Assembly: GCF_000143415.4 (NCBI RefSeq)
Contig: NW_003314262.1
Span: 2,053,046-2,117,045, forward strand
DNA: 64,000 bases
Reading direction: 5' to 3'
Origin: Selaginella moellendorffii
Taxonomy: Eukaryota > Plantae > Lycopodiophyta
In this document: positions 35,055-44,499 of the stretch, in pieces
Layout of the letters: each line of letters begins with the position of its first letter
Numbering within the stretch: the first letter of the stretch is position 1
Notes under the pieces: generated by a model
The model's input: only the letters and a program-made list of their open reading frames with translations
The model's database searches: none
What the model was told of the DNA's origin: nothing
Made by a program: the position numbers and the translations under genes

Positions 35055-35704
35055 ATGGCTATGCAAATGTATTCACTTTAATTGCTTTCTCTATTTTCTC
35101 ATCCTTGAACGATTGCCACATTCTTGTGCTTGTGAGAGCTGCAGATCCCGAGGACGTTTGCATTCCACGGAACAATATTAGTGAAGGTTTCATGAAGTGC
35201 AAGCCGTACTCAAAGGTATCTTCAAAAGACTTCCACTCGAGCAAGGTGGATACCTCACACAAGCCCAACGCGTTTGATTTCGCTCAAGCTGTTGTCAGCA
35301 CATTTCTGGCACTCAACACGATGGGATTGTCCGTGGCATGAAACTATCTCGGCCCCAAAGGAGTTGCGAGAGCTCACGCTCATCCTCAGGCAAGCGAGCT
35401 CATCTATTTGGAGAAGGGATTTGTGGAGGCCGGCTTTGTGGACATTAACAACGGGCTCTTTGCGAGGAATTTGACTGCGAGTGATTTTTTTATAATTTCC
35501 CGTGGAGTTCTTCACTATTTGATCAACATTGAAGAAGATCACACTATAGTTTTGGCCATTTTAAATAGCAAGAATCTTTCCTTCCAGATCCCATCCTTTT
35601 CTTTGTTTGGACCCAAGTTGAGTTACAAGGTTTTGGAGGTGACTTTTAGTCTAGCCAGGAGGACCATTGATAAGTTGCATAAGATTTATAAGAAGTTTGT
35701 TTAG
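35055..35704 (+). pseudogene. Germin-like pseudogene (GLP3) with 5' frameshift and premature TGA
   Basis: ADPEDVCIP…CKPYSKVSSKDF…LALNTMGLSVA*(35339-35341, likely CGA>TGA)…AHAHPQASE…ISRGVLHY…SLFGPKL. Confidence 0.82.
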
Positions 35705-36224
35705 CATGCAATGAATGACGTTCCAAAAGATGGCCAGCCATAGTCTCTATACCTTGTTGTTGTGGTGAGGAATCCCTTGCTCTGGAAGGGCCCTGTGTTG
35801 GTGTTGTTCGATCTCACGCTCACAAGAATGTTATGGATTTAAGTGTAATCTTGCATTGGCTTGCTAAGAACCCTTGCATATTGACATTAGTCCCTTAATA
35901 TCGTTAAATGATAATTTAATGTGGGTGTTAAACACTTTTACTATCATGCCTTACTAATCTTATTTGGTCCCATTGGTTATTTATGAAAAGTGTCTATTTA
36001 GTAAGTTTGTGATTATCCCACTAAATATATGAAATGAAACTTGCAAATTTAAAAAAGAAAACAACACCATAATGTTCAAGATAATCTTTACATTTTGCAA
36101 ATATACCTTAAGACAAAATGACAATCACATGACGAGGCTAGGGTTTTGCTCCAGGTGGAACAAAACGATCAACTTGTGGATACCACCTGGGCGGGGATTG
36201 CAACTTCTATTACACCACTCCGTT

Positions 36225-36425
36225 TTCTCAGAAACCGTTGCCTTGAGATTGTGAAGAAATTTCTCCAGCATAAAAACCCAAGCCTTTCAAGCTCTCATAT
36301 AAAACCAGAGTTTCTGATCATATGTGATTTGAAAATCTTTGATTACTCTCTTGAAGTCCTGGATGTGACGACAAGAATGTAATCTCTTGAGAGTAGAGAG
36401 CTCTCGTTTTGCCACAATTCTAAAC
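36225..36425 (+). pseudogene. 'Ghost' copy of GLP1: promoter joined to the 3' end, almost all CDS deleted
   Basis: TTTTCTCAGAAACC…GAAGAAATTTCTCC…GCATAAAAACCCAA matches ~31870-31935; GAAGTCCTGGA…ACAAGAATGTAATCTCTTGAGA…GCCACAATTCTA matches ~32561-32685. Confidence 0.72.
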
Positions 36426-36540
36426 AACATATGAATTAACTCCCCAGGCAATTTTTTTGCAAATCGACGTCTAGTTCTTTAGCCTCTATTTTGTGAATGG
36501 CGGCCACCACTTCGTTGCCCCCGGGATTTGGGTCCTGGCG

Positions 36541-36621
36541 ATGATGCGGCCACACGACAATAGGCTCCGGCGTTCGAGGGGAAAGAGGGTTTCATGGGCA
36601 TCGGCGGATCATCTTTGTCAG
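36541..36621 (+). pseudogene. Isolated first exon of a CCCH zinc-finger protein (C3H6-like) gene
   Basis: MMRPHDNRLRRSRGKRVSWASADHLCQ followed by GCAAG (possible GC donor); resembles the family N-terminal KRVSWxxxxxLCQVRLF motif; no downstream exons on this strand. Confidence 0.55.
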
Positions 36622-36679
36622 GCAAGAGATTGGATAACGGCATTGTCCTTAAAATTTTCGTGCAATCAATGTGAGGCTA

Positions 36680-37094
36680 TCGGCAGCTTTGGTCCAAACA
36701 GTGATAAGGATGAGATCTGCAAGGCATGGCTGTTTGGAAAGCCCAAAACTACAACTTGCGATCTCCCACATTCATGATATAGTGAAGCACGCCTTGGGTA
36801 TAACAAATAGATCAGCCTCTTTCAAGTTGTTCTTCAAGTCCACAAATGGGCCGAGATGAGCCCCATTAGTGGAAATGTGCTCACAATAGCTTGGGACAAA
36901 GCAAAGGACTTGGGTCCGTTGCAAAGCCCACTTGAGTAGAAGTCCTTTGAAGATATCTGAGAGTATGGCTTGCAGAACGTCCACTTGGAATGCAAAAGTC
37001 CTTGACTGATGCTGTTATGTACGACATTGGGAAGATTTGTGCAAGTGAGAGGAAGAGGAAGAGAGCTGCTAAGACCGGATTGATCTTGAGCCAT
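36680..37094 (-). pseudogene. Germin-like pseudogene (GLP2 type), inverted, many small deletions
   Basis: Reverse complement matches 34097-34640; retains DLFVIP, which the 34097 copy lacks. Confidence 0.82.
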
Positions 37095-37170
37095 GGCATC
37101 TGTGAGTTGATGAAGGCTAAATGCACTAAAACACAAAAATATAAACCTAATTATCTGATCTGCGCGATTG

Positions 37171-37244
37171 TTCCATTGCCGGGATTCGAACCCGGGTCGC
37201 CTGAGTGAAAGCCAGGTATCCTGACCGGACTAGACGACAATGGA
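37171..37244 (-). tRNA. tRNA-Glu (anticodon UUC)
   Basis: TCCATTG/CAATGGA acceptor stem; anticodon arm CCTGG-CT-TTC-AC-TCAGG; T-arm CCGGG-TTCGAAT-CCCGG; discriminator A; T-run ~30 nt downstream. Confidence 0.95.
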
Positions 37245-37249
37245 TTACA

Positions 37250-37790
37250 TTATATGATCAGACCTGAAAAGCCCCGAGATCTCATCGCTCGTCGACACCG
37301 AAGCCTGCTGAGCTTGAAAGGGACTGACCCATGCTGGAGCTGCCGGAGGAGCCGGAGCTGGAGCCGAACTTGAACCAGAGCTAGAAGCGGCGGAGAGAAG
37401 GATGTGATGGTGGCGGCGGCACTGGTGGCGGGGGCTATGAGGAAGCCCATGGACGAAACATTTTGGGTGATGGTGGAGTTACTGGTTAAGTTCTTGACTC
37501 CTGCCACCAATTATTTACCAATGAATTGTTTCGTACACCCGTTTGCCAGCAATTGTAAAAGCAGGCTTGGCGCTGCTCACACCGCCGCTTCTCGCAGTGG
37601 TGGCGGCGGCGGCCTCGCTAGAAATTGCCGTGTGGTTAAACCCGTAGCTGTTGTATGGCTTATCACACCCAGTTTTACCTTGCCCGGATGTAGAGGACGA
37701 GGAGGGGACCTTGTCCCCCTCCGAGTCTTCGTCCGGAGCTGCCACAGGGATAACCAACACTAGTCTGTCGTCCAGATGGGCTATTATCTC
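37250..37790 (-). pseudogene. Coding-like fragments, possibly the middle of the C3H6-like gene
   Basis: HLDDRLVLVIPVAAPDEDSE resembles the family motif DDxxTxVIPxxPxEDD; LLLQLLAN; Pro/Ser-rich; frameshifted. Confidence 0.35.
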
Positions 37791-37792
37791 AC

Positions 37793-38363
37793 GTGTTTCG
37801 AGGGAATCTACCACCTTTGTCAGCATTCTTGATGGCTGGAAGGGCGAAGGTGATAATGGGAGGTTGCGGAGAGTGGATTTGGATCCAACATGCCGTTTGC
37901 CAATGCGCTGGTTAGCATGTATGGAAACGGTGGAAGAAGCAAGGTATGTGTTTGATGCCATACACACTTCCCATACATGCTAACGAGCGCAGTAGCCACA
38001 ACGATCTTGGATTCATACGCGCACTGGCGTGGATCCCGCGGCCCTTTCCAGACCCCCGGCCATGGCGCACGACTGACGAGTGTCACCTATGGCAAATGCG
38101 GCGGCATCCGCGATGCCAGGGAGGTTTTCGATCGCATCCAGTGCCGAAATATCTTCTCCTGGATGATCATGCTCACTGCCTATGCCGACAAGGTGCTGGG
38201 GCTCGTGTGGCATGGCAATTGACAATGCCTGGACGAGGAGATTGCCAAGGTATCAATCCATCCCTGGAAATCTCGCTCTGCAGGTGCTGGCGCAGGATCG
38301 ATGCGTGCGAGGCTGTCGACATTCCGATACACCCTAAAAAAACGAATATCCCAATTTTCAAAT
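37793..38363. pseudogene. Scrambled partial duplicate of the 5' ~870 bp of the PLS-PPR gene at 40914
   Basis: Four blocks: ~37793-37962 (+, source ~41529-41731), ~37963-38086 (-, source ~41254-41398), ~38087-38227 (+, source ~41080-41253), ~38228-38363 (-, source ~40863-41079). Confidence 0.85.
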
Positions 38364-38375
38364 TTTCAATCTCAT

Positions 38376-38710
38376 GCAACTTTTCCAAGACCTTGTAACT
38401 GAACTTGTGTCCACAAAGCCGCCCACCACAATCCCTTCTCTACATAGACGAGCTTCCTCGCCCGAGGATGACTGCGAGCTCTCGCAACTCCCTTGGGATC
38501 GAGATAGTTTCGCACCCAGACAATCCCATGCTGACCATCGCTTGAGCGAAATCAGAGGTGTCCACCTTGGCGCGGAATAAGCTCAAATGGAAGTATTTTG
38601 AAGATACCTCTGCACTTGGTGAAACCTTCATTGATGTTTTTTCGTGGGATGCAAAAGTCCTGGAGTGAATCGGGACCTGCAGCTCTCACAAGAATGTGGC
38701 AGTCGTTTGT
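38376..38710 (-). pseudogene. Germin-like pseudogene (GLP3 type), inverted, heavily deleted
   Basis: Reverse complement matches 35108-35640 (TGCCACATTCTTGTGAGAGCTGCAG…GAGTTGCGAGAGCTCG…AGTTACAAGGTCTTGGA). Confidence 0.78.
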
Positions 38711-39126
38711 TTGAGGTCGAGAGGAATAAATTTTTTTTATTTCTTGTTACTCTGCCATAATTATAGAAACCTGAAGAATAGTAAATAGCTTTAGGTAGAT
38801 CCAAACCATTGCTAAGCATTTCAAACTAAGTGGGGCCATGGTCACAATTTAGCTTATTCATTGTCATCATTACATCTGTCACAAAATTCTTCTTTGTTGA
38901 AGCATAATTACTTGTTCTCGCTGTAAATTTCACAACCACGTGAATTGCTCATTCAAGCCAGAGCGGGCAATGTCCTGTCCGAAAAACTGGCTGTGGAAGA
39001 TTTATGTGGAAGAAACAGCAAAGAGTTTCAAATGGTCTAGGGAAAACTTGATTTGTATAGAGGCACTAATAATTTACGGTCAGTACACCACTTGAGCTTT
39101 CACCCGGTTAACTCGATTCACTCGTT

Positions 39127-40094
39127 TCAGCTCACAACAATTGGAGGGTGAAAGGCTTCCTTGACGCTGCTTACTAAGTCTAAGTCCTCGCGGCCGCGAT
39201 ACAACGCGTGGTGTGGTGGAACCAGGCAGTAGAGAACCGAAACCATCACAGTGGCAGAGTAAGGAGCAATCCACCATACCCAGTGACCATCTCGAGTGGA
39301 ACTTGATCCCATCACGACTGCCGGGCCGAGACACCTTGCCGGATTCATCCCCGCTCCAGAGTATCCCACCACAAGTCCCCCAGACGCGAAAATCAGCAGT
39401 CCAACAGCAGCGCCGATGAAAGATGGTGGCAGGATTGCTCCAAAAGCCCGTCCTTGGAATGGATCTAGTGCCAGGTTGGCGACGACGAACATGAGAACAA
39501 ACGTGAACATGCTCTCGGCGACGAAGGCCGAGCCTATTGAAAGTCCTGACCCGGCCGAGTTTTGCATGACACAGCCGCCAAGCGCGAACTTAAGAGCGAG
39601 GTCGTCAGGGAGGACGAGCTTCGCACACAGGGAAGCGAAGATGGAGCCGACGCATTGAGCTCCCGTGTACATGACGAGCTTGGAGGGGGAGACATAGCCG
39701 AGAACCATGGCCAGGAAGGTGATACAAGGATTGAAGTGACCACCAGAGGAGGGAGCCACGGAGAGGATGATGATGAAGACGAGGATGGAGTGGAGGATCG
39801 CGATGGAAGCCATGGGTGATCCGCTGCTGCTTTGCTGCGAGGAGCTGACGATGATGAGTATGCTGGAGAAGACGAAGGCTATGGTTGCGAGACATTCGAC
39901 AAGACAGGATCGCCATGCCTGGAACAGTTTGGAGGATTTGAGTTGAAAAAGAAGAGAAAAAAGATTAAGTGATGGTTTGGAGCTCTTTTTACCTCGAGGG
40001 TGATAAAGTCTTGGAGCTGGAGGAACTTGAGGATTTGGAGGGAAGAAGCTTGTTTGTGATGGTGGTGAAAGTTTTGGTGCTCCAGAGTCTCCAT
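39127..40094 (-). CDS. XIP: Aquaporin, X intrinsic protein (XIP) subfamily; exons 40094-39993 and 39918-39127
   Basis: SGGHFNPC (variant first NPA), LGGC in loop C, GYSGAGMNPARCLGPA (XIP NPARC signature), HWVWWIAP; 74-nt GT-AG intron joins …LQDFITLE to AWRSCLVE. Confidence 0.88.
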
Positions 40095-40913
40095 TTCCAG
40101 CTGAGGTGTTTGAAGCTAAATCCATATAACTGTGTGCAGTCATTGACGATCCAAACCTGGGGGAAAGATCGATGCTTGTTTCTTGTTTCAGCTTCAACAG
40201 TGGTCAAAAGTTTAAACAAGGAAAGTCAATTGAAAATTGACCGAGACAGACAAGCGTGATTTCTTTTTGTGAAAAGGGTTGTGTGTCCCAGGTGCATGTT
40301 TCTAGCGGAAGACGCTCCCTTTCGTGCTGGCATTCCACAAGACCAAGACGAGCTCCAAGGGAGAACGTCAACCTTTATGCAAAGAAGGGTGTGGTTTCGT
40401 GCTAGAAGACCGATGTTTTGGACTCTCGTTGTCGGCTGGATTTCTACCTCGCTGCTAAGCTTCTACGTGCCATGTGGAAGTTAGGAAGAGCAAGTGAGAT
40501 GGGCGATGTTCTACTACCTTTTAAGGGGACTTCCAGGGGATAGCGGCAGCTACAGAGGCAGCAACAAGCAGTGTATCCACACTTAGTGCAGATGGTATAA
40601 TGTTCATTAAGTTTTTATATAATCAAAGTTGAGTTGCCCAAATATTTAGCAGACACTATTTGAACCAATTGAATAATGCTCATCAAATATCAATTTAACA
40701 ACCTAATTTATAACAATTATACAAGTTGAACAACAATAGCACTAAACCTCTTTTCATAATCAATATAAAATAGCATTAATTCATTTTCTACATTTTATGG
40801 TATATAGTTTGTCTGACGGTCTCCACTAAGGAATAGAGATATTCCTTAGAAAACCCGGGGCGATTTGAAAATTGGGATATTCTCTGTTTTAGGGTTTATC
40901 GATTTTTCCATGA

Positions 40914-43900
40914 ATGTCCGGCGAGCGCGACGCCACCGCCATCGCGATCTCCTCGCACGCGTCGATCCTGCGGGACTGCGCCAGCGCCCGAGATCTGACC
41001 GCCGCCAAGCAAGCGCAGTGGGAGATTGCCAGGGATGGATTCGGGGGCGACAGGTACCTCGGCAATCTCCTCGTCCAGGCCTACGGCAAATGCGGCAGCG
41101 TCCGTGACGCCAGGGAGGTTTTCGATCGCATCCAGCGCCGAAATATCTTCTCCTGGACGATCATGCTCGGCGCCTACGCCGACAATGGCCACGGCCGCGA
41201 GGCCCTGGGCCTGTTTCGCGAGATCCAGTCGCGCGGCATGGCGATCGACAATGTGACGCTCGTCAGTGCTCTCAAGGCGTGCGCCGTGGCCGGGGATCTG
41301 GAAGAGGGCCGCGGCATCCATGCCAGTGCGCGGTCTCTAGGGTATGAATCCGAGATCATCGTGGCCACCGCGCTGGTGAGCATGTATGGGAAGTGTGGGC
41401 ACTTGGAGGAGGCCAAGGCGGTGTTTGCGACGCTGGTGGAGAGGAATCGCGTGTCCTGGAACGCGATGCTCGCAGCGTATGCCCAGAACGGGCATTGCGA
41501 GGAGGCTGTGAGGCTCTATCGTCTTATGTGCTTCGAGGGGATCAAGCCCGATGCTACCACCTTCGTCAGTGTTCTCGATGGCTGGAAGGGCGAAGGAGAA
41601 CACGGGACAAGAATCCACGACCAGGTTCTGGAGAGTGGATTTGGATCCAACACGACGCTTGCCAATGCTCTGGTTAGCATGTATGGAAGCGGTGGAAGGG
41701 TGGACGACGCAAGGTACGTCTTTGATGGTATAGCTGAGAAAACAGTGGTTTCCTGGAATGCCATGCTAACCGCGTATGCACAGAACGGGCGCTATGGCAA
41801 GGCCGTGGATTTGTTCTGGAAGATGGACGTTGCTCCAGACAGTGTGAGTTTCGTTAATGTTCTTGGAGCTTGCATGGACATCGAAGAAGGAAGATTGGTC
41901 CACGAGTATATCAAAGCCAGTGGATTTCCGGTAGACGTTCTCGTATCGACTAGCCTGGTTAACATGTATGGGAGGTTCTTGAGGCTGGAGGAGGCCAAGC
42001 AGTGTTTTGAGCAAGCTCGAGAGAGAGACAGAGTCTGCTGGAACTCCATGGTTGGAGCTTACGCACAGAACGGGTGTGGTTTGGAAGCGTTGCATCTCTA
42101 CCAGGAAATGAGGCGAGCTCTGGTGGAACCGAACAGCGTCACTTTTGTGAATCTTCTTGTAGCCTGTGCTGCTACGGGGTTTTTAGAAGCGGGCAGGAAG
42201 ATCCATGCCGAGGTTGCGAGCTTGGGGCTTCTATCGACTCTCTCAGTGGGAGGAGCTCTTATCAACATGTACAGCGAGTGCGGTGACTTGGATGGAGCAG
42301 TACAGGTTTTTAAGGAGATGCGTCAACTCGGAGTGATGCCTTGGGATGCCTTGATCGCGGCATTCGCTCACAACAAGTTCGTCAGAGAAGCTATCTATCT
42401 CTTCAGCAGAATGAGCCTCGAAGGTCAGAAGCCCAACGAGCTAACGATCGTCAGCATCCTTGATGCATGCTCCAGCGGCGGTGCTGTAAAACAAGGATCG
42501 GCATTCCATAGATGCATTGGCGTCAGCAGCTCCGGCTTGGACGTTTCTAACTCTCTTGTCAACATGTATGGTAAGGGAGGGAACTTGGTGCTTGCCAAAA
42601 GCGTTTTTGACAGCGTGCCTCATAAAAATCTCGTCTCCTGGAACGTTCTAATCGGTTCTTATGCAGGGGATGGAGATGGGAAGGAGGCCTTGGGAGTCCA
42701 CCAAAAGATGGAACTGGAGGGACTGAAACCGGACAAGTTTACATTCATTTCGGTTCTCCATGCTTGCTCTGCGAGTGAGGCCTTGGCTGAAGGTAAGGCG
42801 ATTCATGCTCTCATTGCAGCGTCGGGATTTGATTCCAGCTGCTTCGTTGCCACGACACTAATAAAAATGTATGGCTGCTGCAGGTGCATGGAAGAAGCAA
42901 AAGCTGTTTTTGATAGAGTCGCTTCCAAGGACATTGTTTTATGGACTGCTTTGCTCACGGCGTACTCTCGAAACGAGGATGCCAAAGGGGCGCTTCTTGT
43001 CTATCGGAACATGGACTTGGAGGGAATGGAGAAGAACCGGTTCACATTTTCCTCCATCGTCAGCGTCTGTGCAGATGCAGAAGCGCTTGCTGAAGGTCAG
43101 AAAGTTCATTTGCACACCGTTTCTGTGGGGTATGACAAGGATGTTATTGTAGGCACTACTCTGGTGGATTTTTACTCCAAATGCCACGACGTGGATACTG
43201 CAAGAAGCGTCTTTGATGGCATCGAAGGCAAGGACATCGTAACTTGGAACGTTATGATCACTGGATTTGCTAGAAACGGCCACGGAGGAGAAGCAGTCCG
43301 GCTTTACCAAAAGATGGACCTTCCACCCGATAGCTTGACGATGGTAGGCGTTCTTGCGGCATGCTCCGGCCTGGGAGCTCTCGAAACAGGAGAAGTTTTG
43401 CTCGAGAGAAGCGGCTTGGAAAGAGACGAGGCTATTGGCACGGCACTGATAAACTTATACGGCAAGTGTGGGAGTCTGGAGCAGGCACGGAACGTCTTCC
43501 TCGACATGAAATCCAGGAGGAACCTTGTCACTTGGAACTCCATGCTGGCCGCGGCTTGCACGAAGGGTGGCTTGGAAGATTGTGTGGAGATCATCCACAT
43601 GATGGGCTTGGAGGGGATCATGCCGGACGAGTTAACGTTTCTCAGCGTCCTCTTCGCGTGCAGTCACGGTGGGTCGATCCAACAGGGCCTGGATTTGTTT
43701 CTCTCGGCCGGGGTTGATTATGGGATTGCGACGAACACCAAGCACTACGTGTGCGTAGTAGACATCCTGGGACGAGTAGGCAGGCTGGAGGAGGCCCAGG
43801 AGGTACTAAACAGGATGCCCTTCCAAGCCAACGATGTTGCGTGGATGACTTTGCTGGGAGCTTGCCGGATACATCGTGATTTTGAGCAAGGGAGGCGTGC

Positions 43901-44006
43901 TGCCGATTATGTTATAGAGCTGGATCCACAAAACGCTGCTCCATATGCTTTGCTCTCCACTATGTTCTCCGTGGCAGGCAGGGGTCGAATGCCAGCAAAA
44001 GGATGA
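40914..44006 (+). CDS. PLS-class PPR protein with E domain (no DYW), 1030 aa; probable organellar C-to-U editing specificity factor
   Basis: Intronless; repeated P-L-S triplets (ALVSMYGKCG…VSWNAMLAAYAQNG…PDxxTFVSVLxAC); ends HYVCVVDILGRVG…WMTLLGACRIH…DPQNAAPYALLS. Confidence 0.93.
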   Translation: MSGERDATAIAISSHASILRDCASARDLTAAKQAQWEIARDGFGGDRYLGNLLVQAYGKCGSVRDAREVFDRIQRRNIFSWTIMLGAYADNGHGREALGLFREIQSRGMAIDNVTLVSALKACAVAGDLEEGRGIHASARSLGYESEIIVATALVSMYGKCGHLEEAKAVFATLVERNRVSWNAMLAAYAQNGHCEEAVRLYRLMCFEGIKPDATTFVSVLDGWKGEGEHGTRIHDQVLESGFGSNTTLANALVSMYGSGGRVDDARYVFDGIAEKTVVSWNAMLTAYAQNGRYGKAVDLFWKMDVAPDSVSFVNVLGACMDIEEGRLVHEYIKASGFPVDVLVSTSLVNMYGRFLRLEEAKQCFEQARERDRVCWNSMVGAYAQNGCGLEALHLYQEMRRALVEPNSVTFVNLLVACAATGFLEAGRKIHAEVASLGLLSTLSVGGALINMYSECGDLDGAVQVFKEMRQLGVMPWDALIAAFAHNKFVREAIYLFSRMSLEGQKPNELTIVSILDACSSGGAVKQGSAFHRCIGVSSSGLDVSNSLVNMYGKGGNLVLAKSVFDSVPHKNLVSWNVLIGSYAGDGDGKEALGVHQKMELEGLKPDKFTFISVLHACSASEALAEGKAIHALIAASGFDSSCFVATTLIKMYGCCRCMEEAKAVFDRVASKDIVLWTALLTAYSRNEDAKGALLVYRNMDLEGMEKNRFTFSSIVSVCADAEALAEGQKVHLHTVSVGYDKDVIVGTTLVDFYSKCHDVDTARSVFDGIEGKDIVTWNVMITGFARNGHGGEAVRLYQKMDLPPDSLTMVGVLAACSGLGALETGEVLLERSGLERDEAIGTALINLYGKCGSLEQARNVFLDMKSRRNLVTWNSMLAAACTKGGLEDCVEIIHMMGLEGIMPDELTFLSVLFACSHGGSIQQGLDLFLSAGVDYGIATNTKHYVCVVDILGRVGRLEEAQEVLNRMPFQANDVAWMTLLGACRIHRDFEQGRRAADYVIELDPQNAAPYALLSTMFSVAGRGRMPAKG

Positions 44007-44499
44007 AAGCTAGCTCATCGCTTGGTTCTCGTTTTCGTTAGTGAGATTTTCCGCTGAGAGATTAATGCCATCACTTCCGAAAAGGTGGTTCTTCCATCCT
44101 TCTTTCATCAACTCCAAGCTGTGTGATCCATTGATGTTAAGATCATTGATTGGTAAGTAGTACCTAGTACTAGTTGTAGCATCTTCTAGTTTGGATCTAC
44201 CTAAAGCTGCCTATTATTTTCCTTCTTCTATATAGTGAGCCGAATGTAAACACACTTTATACCAAGGTGCACACTTCAAACAAGTATCAAAAGTTATTTG
44301 TTAGTGACTCTTTTTAGATATTCTTTCTGCCACAAATGGCAATATATTGTTAGTTTCTTTTTTATTCCCTCTTATTTAAAGTATTAGTAAATTGGGCTTA
44401 AAATTTGTACTTGGTTAAATAAATATAAAATAAAAACTCCTATGTGTTTTTCGCTGAGCATACTCAACCTAGTTTTTAATTCTTTTTTATTTTGTCCTT

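Noticed and set aside
40269-40590. GC-richer stretch between XIP and PPR with a short ORF and weak fold-back
   Set aside because: No recognisable homology and only short pairing; cannot support a call
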